DNA from: Marsupella aquatica
Taxonomy: Eukaryota; Plantae; Marchantiophyta
Length of the DNA: 64,000 nucleotides
Assembly (NCBI GenBank): GCA_973895155.1
Contig: OZ316894.1
Span: 24,798,709-24,862,708, forward strand
Direction: 5' to 3'
Positions 47,881-59,340 of this stretch are shown piece after piece (the first letter of the stretch is position 1; each line of letters opens with the position of its first letter). The position numbers and the translations under genes were made by a program. The notes under the pieces are model-generated. The model made no database searches and had not been told where the DNA came from. It was given only the letters and a program-made list of their open reading frames with translations.

Positions 47881-48068
47881 GGAGTCAGTGGTCCCACTAT
47901 TGGTCGCCGCCTCGCGCTATACACCATTTACGCAGTGAAACCTTTTTTGATTGCGGCTGTTGCTTTCTTTTTCCCCGATTTGCTTTGTTCCCACTTAAAA
48001 CCGGCCGCCATATTTGAATGGTCACGACCACGCTAAAAAAAGGCGCAACCTTGTATTATAGTTTCTGA

Positions 48069-51000
48069 TTATTATTATAGGTGCACTCATGACTTTTGTA
48101 TGTTTTGGTGCTTGTTCTAGAAAACTTTGAAAAAGTGATTTAAATAGATATTGTTACCAAAGATGTTTTCATGCAAGTTAAGTCCTTTCTTTAGTGCCAC
48201 TAATTCTCAAACACTGCCACCCATCATGCATGGTTAAGTAAGTTCTTGAATGGATATTATTGGAAATTTAAAATTTTGCAAATTTCATGAAAACAGGCAT
48301 GACCTTTGTAGATAGTTTTAACCTCCTAAAACTTTATTGAAATTCATAAAGTGTAGCTTACATCGTGGAACATCTTGTTAGACATTTTGTGAGTATTGGG
48401 TAATACCGAAAACCTGAAATTACTGAAAAATTTCAACTTTTTACAGTATTTAAGCCTGCTGTTGCTGTTAAAATGCCAAGTGTAAATTACGGGTTTACGC
48501 TGTTACGGGTTTACGCTGTTAAGAGTTTACGCCAATACGGGATTACGGCTTACGCCTTACGCGTTTAAGGAAAGTTCACGTTACGGCGCTACGACTAACT
48601 TCGCAACGGGACTTAGAAACGGATTGGGGACTTCATACCTTGATAGGAATCAAGCACAAAGTTCAGGCGCTCACTCCTGTATTTTCACCACCCCTATTCA
48701 CTTGCTCTTTCTCTTCGAAAGCAACCTTCGCAGCAAGCAAATCACCGTTGCAGCTATGGCGAACCTGGGTGCTGAGGAACAGTATCAAACTGAAGCTCTA
48801 GCAGTCTCAAAAGTAGTGGCAGCTCGCATACCACGAGCGCCTGATAGTCTTTCTAATTTACAAGACTCTTTACAGCACTTAGGATTGGAGCGCTTGCTCA
48901 GGATCCCCTGGAATGTCGAGCTCGACTCCTACTTGCAGGATTTTGTGAAGGGGACTATCATCCCGATTGAATTCAGGCAAACGATTCGAGCTCACCCCAG
49001 CCTATGGACTGTTGAGCAAATTGCTTACGCCTTTGGATGCCCGTCAGAAGGAGAGGCGTTATATTCCAAGAAGCAGGACTTATCTGCTCCATACTTCTCA
49101 GGAACTCGAAATGCCAAGAATGGTTGGAACTTGTCCCAGTGTACTTATCCTGAATTGAGAGTGCTCATGGAATTTCTGGTACCCATTCTTCATCCGAAAA
49201 AGCCAACTCTCTGTCTTGTGGCCTTGGCTAACACCATTGTAGCTGCTCATAGTGGAGCTATAAAAGTAAATTGGGCCCTACTTCTGTTTAATGTAATGAA
49301 GGATCAAGTAAGGAGCTTGGAAGCAGGGAGGACCACTTGCTTACAGAATTATCTCTCTCAGCTCTATTATACTCATGACTGTTTATATCTGGAGGAAGAG
49401 ACAGAGAGGGGGTTACTCCTGATTGACTTGGGTATTGAAGAAGAAATTCCTATGGAGGACATTGTACATGTCACCCCATTGAATTCGAATGATCAGAACG
49501 TTGAGGAGAATGCTGATGTTCCTATGGAGGATACTTCATTAGAAATCCCTACACATTCTCCTATGCATAGCAGGGAAGTTGTTTGCCAATCAATAAGTAA
49601 TGAGAATTTCCCTAGCCGGACTATGGATGCAGATCCACTAGAAGCTGAAGAAGTAAGGAGCATTCATCAACAAGACGATGATGCTACACCAACTGATGCT
49701 ACTCCTCATGAGACCACCAGGTCCACTCCTTCGAAGGCAGAGTCGAATCAGCAGCTTATTGATAAGTTGATATCTCTCCTCAGTTGTAGTGATGATGGAC
49801 TATATGATGCTGTTAATAATTTGAGAATGGAGGCTGTTAGTTTGGGATCACCATTTCATGATCAGCTAAGCCCTGTCAGAATAACCTCTCCCCCAAGAGA
49901 ACCAGCACCAATGGAGTTTGTGATCTGTACTCCTGTCACTGTACACCCCCCTCCCCTAGAAACAAGTGAGCCCATTCCAGTAACAGATAGTATCAGCTGT
50001 GTGGCTATTGTGGATGACTTGTTAGAACTACTACAGTGTGAACCTCGATAGATAGCATCTGTGGTCCGCAACTTGGTCCAACAATGTCCAACTGCTAGTC
50101 CTACTTCTAGCCCAGGTTCACAACCTTACAGCCCTGATTCCAACTACGAACCCACAGAAGGACCCACCTACAATCGGTCACAATATGAGCACCCTTTTGA
50201 CAGAGAAGATCTACCTGAAGACTCTGATCCACCCTCAGATGGTGAAACTTATAGATCTTATGATAATTCTCTTGAGTCATCCCCAAGGCAGGGATTTGAA
50301 AATGTTGATACTGCCTTAAGATCCAATCCAAACTTAGTAGCAGTTGTCACTTCATCTACTCAAACACCTCGGAATGCCACCATCGAGAGTAGATACTCGA
50401 GACATCCCGAGTCCCAAGTGCACAGGTATGTGGAGACCTGTAAGATTATGCAGGCCAACAGACCACCGGTTGGAGAATTTTGGAAATACTACTATCTCAA
50501 GAAGACAGAGGCCAGTTATATCTTCGACCTCAGGTGTTTTGGAACTTCCAGACTGGAGATGGCACAATTCGATGAGTTCTGGACTGACTCTCTCTATTTC
50601 CGACCCATTCTTGCTGTGATGCTACTTCAAGGAGATGTGGAGGTGGAGGATTCAGATTTAGTTTTGGCATATTTTGGAAATTTGGCAGCTTATGCCCTAG
50701 ATTTTGTGGTTTCTTTTCTCATGCAGAGTAAGAAATCTACTTCTCCCCAGAACGCTTACCTTCCTCGAGAGCCCAAGGTTACCCTTGTTTCAACCAGTTC
50801 ATTAGTTGAGAAACAGAGAATCTGGAACAATGTCACCTCTCAAACTCTGGCCAACTTCAATCGGTATTTCAGAGATGTCAAATGGAGGCTTCACCCTTTC
50901 TATTCCAGGATGCTGAACTCTGATGAATTTCTATACCATTATCCCCAAGTATATGCTGCTACTTGCAATAATTATGACGTGATTGGGATATATAGAGAAG

Positions 51001-52614
51001 CTCTTCGAATAGACATATGTTATCTAAGGAGAAGAATGCCCCTGATGTATCCTGAAAGGCAATTGAGATGCCTACCCTACTCTCGAGGATCCCCACGCCA
51101 GGCTGAGCTGATGGAAGTTACTCAAGCTCGGACTGTTACCCTCGTGGAGCTACTCGAACCAGAAGATATCCGACAACAAGCTTGAGGCAGAATCTAAGTC
51201 TTTTTAGTTAAGTTTTAAGAATAGTGCATCTTTCCCTATTTTTCAAAATGTGTTATAGAGCTTTAAAAGCTATGAAACTTATTTAGTGTGTAGCCTGTAC
51301 CTAGGAAAACCTACTGGCAAAATTTCAGAATTTTTCGAGCCAGGAGTAGAAAGTTAAAAATAGTTGAATTCGGTAAGTCTTTAAGTCTACCGCATTCACC
51401 AGATTACGTCTTTACGCTTTTACGCTTTTACGGGTTCTTACTTAGCCATTTCCCGGCTTTTCACTTACTGAATCGCTGTTTTGACTTTTTGAGGAGTATG
51501 AAGAGGCATGTCTCTTCGACCCTATCACCTCTTACCCTGTAGGATTTTACTATAAGACCCCTCCACCACTAGTGTAGAAGTATGGTAAAGTCTAGCAATT
51601 TTTGCCTTTCCTTGGTGTTCTGCCAGTTGATCATGAATGTTAAGAGTTCGAGATCAGGCTTGACACCAGGAGAAGACTTTCCTCCTTCTTGTGGTTTAAT
51701 TCTTTGAATAAATCATAGGAAGTAAAATTCCTTTTGTGCAAATCTTTTGAGTTGTGATGACAGATTCCTTGTTGATGACTCATTGCAATCTCCTGAGTTC
51801 TTAAAGTTAACTCATTGAGTTTAAGTCTCATTGAAATTGATGGATTTTCTTTCATGTTGCTTAGTACCATCTAAATGTTGAAGTAGCCACTCTTTTAGAT
51901 CTTATCTGAGTACCACTTAGAAAGAAAGGATAAGACATGCTAACGACATTTTAAAAGGTACTCTAGTAAGCAGTTTAGATCTGAAAAGCAAACGTGGATT
52001 TGAATCCTTAAGTCCTTTCATTTTGACTTATGTCTAAGGAGTAACCTTGGTCTATTCTAGACTCCCTTAGCGTACTTTGAGATTATTTTCTCTTGTGTTT
52101 TGTTAATCATTCCTTTTTCATTAATTTATGGTTACCCAATGCTGAGTTATCATTGAAAACTACTCACCGCTGTGGAGCGATCTTCAAAATACCTTATTAA
52201 AGTAATCAATTCTAATTACTATGTGTTAAAGAGAGTTCTTAAACTCTCATTTGTGTTTTTATGTATCAAACCAACCCCATCTTGTTCTTTACGGGAACGA
52301 ATACCGAGTTTGAAGACCTTTAAGTGTGTTTTTGGTTCTTCATAGCAAACTACACATTTGCTCTTAGATCTTGAGTTACTGTGTAACCACGATTATTCTA
52401 ACTTTAGTTCGGTGCTTGGTTAAGTTAGATCTAGAACTACTATATTCAATAGTAGGATTTAATTGGTGAAAGGAACTTAGGCTAATATTGCAAAGCCAGT
52501 TAGGAGATAGGAAGAGATTGGTCTGTGGAGACTTGGTATGGTGGATGAGCTTAGACTTTGGTAAAGTTCTATTGTATGTTATCGTGGACATAACGTCTAG
52601 TGAGGTGAACAACA
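48069..52614 (+). mobile_element. Probable Ty3/Gypsy (Athila/Tat-like) LTR-retroelement segment whose first ~25 bp (20890-20914) lie on the far side of the Helitron
   Basis: The rebuilt start TGAGTGCACCCATAATTATAC... resembles Athila-type LTR starts. LTR-like motif GGGAACGAATACC at ~52293; possible end ...AACAACA at 52614. Carries a retroelement-type accessory ORF. No second LTR or TSD found, so boundaries are uncertain. Confidence 0.4.
48756..51185 (+). pseudogene. Retrotransposon-associated accessory ORF (~809 codons) with one in-frame TAG at 50049
   Basis: ORFs 48624-50051 and 50061-51185 share a frame. The N-terminal domain (LGLERLLRIPW...TIRAHPSLWT...GEAL...YFSGTRNAKNGW...C..PEL...FLVPILHPKKP) recalls repeated hypothetical proteins of bryophyte Gypsy elements. 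An acidic/Pro-rich linker and a C-terminal helical domain follow. Confidence 0.55.
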
Positions 52615-53627
52615 TATTTACTATGTTGAGTGCTTGTATATAAGTTTGTTGGATATTGCACGTGTGCATGTTGTCTTATGCATGGGTAGTGGTTGTTATA
52701 ACACATCTGACCACTCATATGAATTTGCCTAAGATGTTATGGAAGAGTGTCCTTCCAAGGAGAGTGGACTCCCAATCTTAGCTACTTCCTAGAATTATAA
52801 AGAAATGGCTGATCAATAATAGGGTAAAAATGAACATTCCATGCCCTACCAAAACTATAGGTATGAGGAAGCCTCGGGGATGGTCCCATTTCAATCCCAA
52901 ACATCCCTAATGGGTTTTAAGCTCTCAGAAGTGGGTAGGGCAAGAGGATTACAACTCATTACCCTTGACAAACAATGGAATGAGCCCAAGTCAGCAAGTG
53001 GTTTTTGTCCACCTTTGAATTTAATTTACATTTACACTAGAGCTAGATTACAAACAACGTCCTATAAACAACATACAAAGAAAAATTCACATGATAGTTA
53101 TGCAACAAATAACATTTCTCCTTCGATCCATGCCAACAAGCAAAGGGAAGCACCTCAAGAACATTTTTACACCCATGCCCTACCAATAATGGCTTCTGCA
53201 TACTAGGTGCCTGGCATCACACATTGGGCTGGCATGCCAGGCATTTTCCGAGCCTACAGTTAGAGTAGAATTGCACCCATTGTTGGAATCCCCAAAAGTT
53301 TTGCAGCCAACACCCCAATAACTTTTCTCCACTGCCCTATTCACTATCTATCCAAATAGTCATTCAAGTTTTGGCAGTGCTACAAGATAGGATCTATGCT
53401 GGTTGTTGTGCAACATGTGTGCATCTGACATAAGGTCAACATTCCAATATTTATTGATGGCTTTGGGCGCCAGTCCATCCTCTACTGATGCGCATTGTAA
53501 AGTTTTGCCCTTCCATCAACAGGTTTTGCCCAAGTGGAGTGCGCAATCCTACTGCTATATTTCCGCTTGTGTTTGATTTTTGGTCCCAAGAGGTGTGTAT
53601 GTAGATTGCACAATATGCTTTCTTGAT

Positions 53628-53885
53628 CCCGTTCTTGATCATACTTTTGTCCACGTGCTTAATCAACAAGGGAAGACCTTTATGCCATACCACAATAGTT
53701 GTGCCATTCATATTTGAATTGAGCGAGACCCATGTGAACCTGTTAGTACGAACCCACCCGTTCTTGATCATACTTTTGTCCACGTGCTTAATCAACAAGG
53801 GAAGACCTTTAAGCCATACCACAATAACTGTGCCGTTCATATTTGAATTGAGCGAGACCCATGTGAACCTGTTAGTACAAACCCG
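53628..53885 (+). repeat. 129-bp tandem duplication
   Basis: CCCGTTCTTGATCATAC... at 53628 and 53757, with few mismatches. Confidence 0.9.
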
Positions 53886-53922
53886 GGTGGGTTCCTGCCA
53901 CAATTTCTGGCCCTCCAAGGCC

Positions 53923-54029
53923 TTATTTATTTCTTTTTTGAACGGCAAAATCCAGAAGTTCTCCACCAAGATTTGAACCCAAAACCTCCTAGCTGCAAGG
54001 CAGGACTTTGAACCATTGGGATACACCTA
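53923..54029 (-). mobile_element. tRNA-derived SINE-like element
   Basis: On minus: A-box-like TATCCCAATGG (54023-54013), B-box GGTTCAAATC (53979-53970), short body, and A-rich tail AAAAAAGAAATAAATAA. No TSD seen. Confidence 0.5.
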
Positions 54030-55809
54030 ATGATACACTTAGTGTGCAATTGATTTTGTACTTAACTGTGTTCAAAATCTTTATAATAGAAATTTTGATG
54101 TTGCTATATGGTGAATGCAACTTTCAGTATTTTGTCTTATTCAAATTCTTTTGTTATGTATTTTTATTTCAATGTGTCTTACCAAGGTGCATCCCTTGTA
54201 TAGTTTAGATTTTGAATTTATTCTGGCACCCCTCTATAAATTTTAATCTTTGCTATATTTAAGATCATCCACACTTTAACAAAGCTCATGTAATTTCAAG
54301 CCCTTATTCTCATGAGTGAAGAAGAAATGATCTAAATAAAGTGCACTCCTTGTGTCTTTGAGTTCTACTCATGGTTTTGTATCCTAAATTTATGGGTTTA
54401 ATTAATTTGAGTGTCATTACCTACATAAGTATCTCTACTCGTGTACAATTTCTATGATATTGTGGCATTTTTGACAATTTCTTTCCTGGTCATTATAACT
54501 TTTCTTTACATGTGTACTTTTACTCTTGTACCTTATGTGCAAAACTTTTCAATATCATAGACTGTAAGTCTTCCTAATCAATGTCCTGTTTATATTTGCC
54601 ACAAAAACTTAGATCACCTGCATATCACTAGAAAACAAAAAATGAAGCATGTTCCAAGATGAACATGCTATATAGTGCAAACACAAGTTCCACACATGCG
54701 ATTGTGAGGAACCAAGTCACCACACGCGTGAAGGGGCAATGACTATTAAATTTTACGGGGAAAAATCTAGATTACTATTTAAGCACAATGTACATACAAT
54801 GTAAACACAACTATGAGTGCTTGGAGCGAGGTGGACAGACGGAGCTCAGCTTGTGACAAACAGTGGCAGAGTGCTTGATGACAAAGTGACTGGTGATTGA
54901 TAGAGTGCTTGGTGATAGAGCTCGTGACAAGACAGGACAACACAACAACCGGACAACATAGCATCACAAAGGCATAGAGCATAATATCATTCTACTAGAG
55001 GAGTACTGAAAATTCTTTAATTGTGGTGAGTGGATCTTACTCAATCATTTCATGGGGCATGTCTATGCAGCATGAACAAATGATTAGAAAATTTCCAAAA
55101 TTGGTTAGTTCACTTTTATCGCTGATTGAAACCTGATTGGATTGCTCTTTGAGTTCTTGTTTGGAAGCTAGCTAGCTTGCCAAGAACAGACTCAGCCTAG
55201 ATTGCCAAGTTCTGTAGTTTATTGAAAGCGGGATTGAAAGATCTATAATGGTTGTCACCAAGCAACTATTGAGGGCAAAGTGTTCCTCTACATGCCTGCC
55301 CGAGAAGCTATGGCAGAACCTTGCTGCGGAAGAAGCTTTGCAGTTGCTGTTATGGAGCTATGGTGATCCAGATCTTTGATCGCCCTCTACTGGGGAAGCT
55401 GTTGTGGCATTTGTTCTCTTGGAGAAGCTCTGGCGTTTGAAGAAATCAGTTGGCAGTCTCCAAGCTTGGACAGTCAACGAGGCCCAATGTCAAGCTTTGA
55501 CGGCGGCGAGGCAGTTCACTCACAAAAACATCAAGCCTAAACCCAAAATGTTGCAATAGGAAGCGGAGAAAATGACGGGTGCAATGTGTACTACCGGTGC
55601 TCAAAAATGTTCCAAAAGTGCCATTTTGGGTAGAATAGGGCGCTGTCCTCACCCTTTTTGTCCCGATCCCCTTACAATGTCATGGCGGGCTTCGGGTTCC
55701 CGCTAACAGGTTCATGTGTTGGGTTGGGACAAAAAAGGAGAATTTATGGGAGCGTGCAGCGGAACACTTCAAGAAAAACAAGCTTGGAAGTCTTGAAAGT
55801 AGGACAAGT

Positions 55810-56720
55810 GAGTTGCTTGAGAGCAAGTGTGGTAACATTCTGAAGGCTACCACCTAAGTTATTGGGCACTACAATTCTATGAAGGCGTTGTTTTATGACA
55901 TGTTGTGCACCAACAGCGCAGACTTTACAAACATACTTCTAAAGTCATCCCAAGGGCAGAGACTTCATGTTTTTTGCTACTAAATGTTGAAGGATATATT
56001 GCCCAAGGTGGATGATGCTAGAGGATCAAATGGCCAACGGGCAAAGGGAAGCAGTGGTTAATCAAAAGCTCGGGGGTCTCACTATATGGGGACCTCCCCA
56101 TCGCCTGCGATGTTTTTAGGCCTCGGACCCCCTAAAATGTAAGAATTTTTTTTAATTTTTTAACCCCTATAAAGTTGGAATATTCTTGGAATATTCTAAA
56201 AATTGGATTAAAAAGACCCTAATGTTCTTATAAGTCTCAAAATTGAATTTAAAAGACCCTATTGTTCTTCTACAAAAAATTTTAAGTCTTCCCTTAGAAT
56301 CAATAAAATGACCCTATCCTTCGTCGCACGTGATATGCCATTTTTGTGGAAGTGAAACCCCCGAGATCAAAAGCATAGTACTACAAGACACAAAGAGAAC
56401 AAACATCCTTCTAAAGAGCAAGAGTAGGATCAAAAACTGAGATTTTGAAGGAAAACAACATCACTACTATGGAAAGTAGTAACAAGAAGCCCCTTGGAAC
56501 TAAATTGGCAAAGGAGAATGCAAAGAAAGAGCGGGCCCAAGAAGATGTATTCAAGGTTTCAGCTCAAGGTTTCAGCCCAAGCTCAGCAAGTGATAGCTTA
56601 AACATGGTTGTAGCACTTGAGAGCTCTAGAGACTTAGACATCCATGAATATGCTTACCTGGCCCATTGAGCATCTTGACAATGAGACCAGGGAAATTGTG
56701 GAGGCAAAATGAAATGGCCA
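55810..56720 (+). pseudogene. Highly decayed PIF/Harbinger ORF1-like (NAM-associated-type) remnant, interrupted by a MITE
   Basis: Fragments LESKCGNILKAT..IGHY, F.F..C...LKD..PRW (across frameshifts) and KKPLGTKLAKENAKK occur in the expected order. Confidence 0.35.
56069..56365. mobile_element. MITE (297 bp), same terminal type as 24063-24349
   Basis: TIR CTCGGGGGTCTCACT / AGTGAAACCCCCGAG (14/15); direct repeat ATCAAAAG at 56061-56068 and 56366-56373; AT-rich core. Confidence 0.9.
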
Positions 56721-56738
56721 AGTTGAAGGCAAGATTCT

Positions 56739-57470
56739 TTCTCATCCCCAAGCTAATGTAGTTACCCACAACATCCAAGAGTTCTCTCTCAATTGTTGTG
56801 CCAGGTCATGGAGAGCTCTTGGTTGTCTTCAAATCTTACTTGAATTTATTGCTCAACCTATTTCCTTTGTGTTCTTTCATGCATAGGACACCACAAACAA
56901 TTGGGAGGGGCATGTCTTCAATGATTATGACATGGTGGCTATTGCTGAATACCAGCTAGAAATGGAAGACCACTTTTGGGCAGTATTATCAACTACATTC
57001 ATAGGAGTAGGTAATACAATTATATAGACTCCAATAGAGACACATGGATATACTACAAATTAATAGGACCAACAACATTTTTATCACAATGTGTCATATC
57101 TTCTTCTCATCCCCAAGCTAATGTAGTTACCCACAACATCCAAGAGTTCTCTCTCAATTGTTGTGCCAGGTCATGGAGAGCTCTTGGTTGTCTTCAAATC
57201 TTACTTGAATTTATTGCTCAACCTATTTCCTTTTGTGTTCTTTCATGCATAGGACACCACAAACAATTGGGAGGGGCATGTCTTCAATGATTATGACATG
57301 GTGGCTATTGCTGAATACCAGCTAGAAATGGAAGACCACTTTTGGGCAGTATTATCAACTACATTCATAGGAGTAGGTAATACAATTATATAGACTCCAA
57401 TAGAGACACATGGATATACTACAAATTTATAGGACCAACAACATTTTTATCACAATGTGTCATATCTTCT
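56739..57470 (+). repeat. Near-perfect ~366-bp tandem duplication
   Basis: TTCTCATCCCCAAGCTAATG...GTGTCATATCTTCT occurs twice; I see only one indel and one substitution. Confidence 0.92.
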
Positions 57471-58236
57471 ATGTCACTGGTCAATTCGTCTATGCCACTT
57501 TATCTCACTCACTGCCAGGAAATTCTATGTTATGGAATCCCGTCAGAATTGGCTGATCGTCTGCATACAAAAGCAACAAGAGCAGGAGGAAATTCTGACC
57601 ATTCACTAAAATCACAATTTATTCCACCCTTGGATCAAACAAGCCAAAGCACTTGCCCCGTCTCCCTCACTATCCTGTTTTGGCTGTCGCATTGCCAATC
57701 TACTCCTATGGTAATACTTCAGGCCTACTCCACGATACATGATAATCATACTTTCTTCCCCCGCTTCTTCCGTAAGGTACCATTGTGCACTGAGTGGCAT
57801 ATAGGGCAAGAAGGTACGCATGGTTAAGAGAGGAATGAAAAGTAGCAGGTAGGGGAGGGAGGGGCCTTGAGGGAAAGTAGAGGAGAGAGGGGAATAAAAG
57901 AAATGAAGGAAAAAATCTATAAAGATAGAAAAATTGGGGAATTTAAAAGAAGAAAAAGTTGGGGACAAGAAGATAAATGAAAGCTTTGACCTAATGAAAA
58001 ATTGTTGCTGGCTAAAATTTATTTATGTATTTGGCTCAGAAATTTTCTATGGACCAATTCTAGCCTGGCTAATTATTTCAGCAAAAAGTGGCAAAGGTTT
58101 TCAACAAGATGGAATCTGGCAAATCTTTGCCACTAAAAGAAGGCTATCATGATTGTATGTAGTAAAGTTCTGGTAACAGGGCATTATGGGTCATAACACC
58201 CCCTAAAAGAAGGGCTTGAGCTCAAGTTTGGCAAAC

Positions 58237-58261
58237 TATTATTATTATTATTATTATTATT
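58237..58261 (+). repeat. (TAT)n microsatellite
   Basis: About 8 units are directly visible. Confidence 0.8.
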
Positions 58262-58389
58262 TTCCGGAAGAGGCAGGCGCCTCAGAAACTTTGCTCATTT
58301 TGGTGGGCTATTATTGCCCATCATGTCCTCATAACAAGGCATTCATGCACAGAAATGCCTAAGAGAATTTATATTGTTACTAGTTTTAG

Positions 58390-58690
58390 TAAAAGTTTCA
58401 TAATACCCAGCTCCAAATCTGTTCTATCTATGCATTCTTGTCCATAAGCACCAAAACTTAATGGGAACTTAATCACCCCATTCAAAACTACAGTAGTTAA
58501 AGTAGAGGAGACTTTTCATAATACCCCTACTTTGACCCCTAGATCCAAAGCAATCCTATGCATTCTTCTCCATAAGCACAAAGCATTAATCCCTTATCCA
58601 CATTAGTGAGAGTAGAGGAAAAGTTTCATAACACCCCTGGTATCCAAACATGTACTATGCATCCTTGTCCATAAGCACCAAAAATTACAA
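58390..58690 (+). repeat. Three diverged ~110-bp tandem units
   Basis: TTTCATAA(T/C)ACCC...CTATGCAT.CTT.TCCATAAGCAC is repeated three times. Confidence 0.75.
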
Positions 58691-59126
58691 AGAGAAGAAT
58701 CACCAAGGACATTAAGTACTAGCCTGATCACCCTCTCCTTGATCCTAAATAGAGATGGCGAGAAAAAAACCCTTGTAGAAACTAGAATTCCATACTGTCT
58801 ATTTCTTGTTCATCTTTGCCTCCTCCCTTTTTTGGTCTGCACCCTCTCTTTCATTTATGCCCCGGTTAGAATCATGGTCTAAAGGTATCACTCTATACAC
58901 TAGGCCTAAGGGAGTAACTTTTATTAAGCTTGATTAGTTTGCCCCCTCCCTTTTTTGGTCTGCCCTTCACATTAATTCATGCGTGAGTAAGAGTCATGGT
59001 CTGGAAGCTTCATTCTAGATATTAGGGGTCGCGTCATGGTCAGGAGCAGCCATTGTTTTCTTATTTTGAAACATTAGCCACGGTGGAAACTGTTTTACCC
59101 TACAGACAAGCATAGGTATGGTTGTG

Positions 59127-59340
59127 GACTATTTTCTTTCAATTACACAATGTTTTCTGACTATTGTAGAGTATTTCTTGGCTACCACTCCCCATAAATG
59201 CATTAGGTGTTGGCAAATGAAACAACTTTCTAAACCAGACTATTTCTTCCAATTATACAATGTTTTGTGACTATTGTAGAGTATTTCTTTTTCTTGACTA
59301 CCACTCCCCCATAGTGCATTAGGTGGTGGCAAATGAAACT
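59127..59340 (+). repeat. Diverged ~112-bp tandem duplication
   Basis: GACTATTT...AATGTTTT.TGACTATTGTAGAGTATTTCTT...GCATTAGGTG.TGGCAAATGAAAC occurs twice. Confidence 0.8.

Larger units (their letters stand above)
20915..48068 (-). mobile_element. Helitron (~7.9 kb after removing the nested CACTA and MITE)
   Basis: 3' end on minus: hairpin GTGCAACGCAC(GGG) at 20939-20926, then CTAG (20918-20915) followed by T. 5' end on minus: A|TCAGAAACTATAATAC at 48068. Joining the flanks rebuilds a palindrome GAGTGCACC-CATAATTATACATTA|TTATTATTATA-GGTGCACTC, supporting both ends. Contains RepHel. Confidence 0.8.

Noticed and set aside
47927-47937. TTTACGCAGTG as the right end of a CACTG-type element
   Set aside because: No matching CACTGCGTAAA left end with an AAA duplication was found. 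The real CACTA end is 45803.
47085-47938. Several ORFs on both strands
   Set aside because: Stop-poor GC-rich low-complexity DNA within the Helitron.
53451-54026. 191-aa ORF with a 43-aa repeat
   Set aside because: Chimeric: it starts inside the SINE-like element and the repeat is the 129-bp duplication. No family recognised.
54800-55000. Alternative Helitron 5' end
   Set aside because: No A|TC junction and no flank continuity. 48068 satisfies both.
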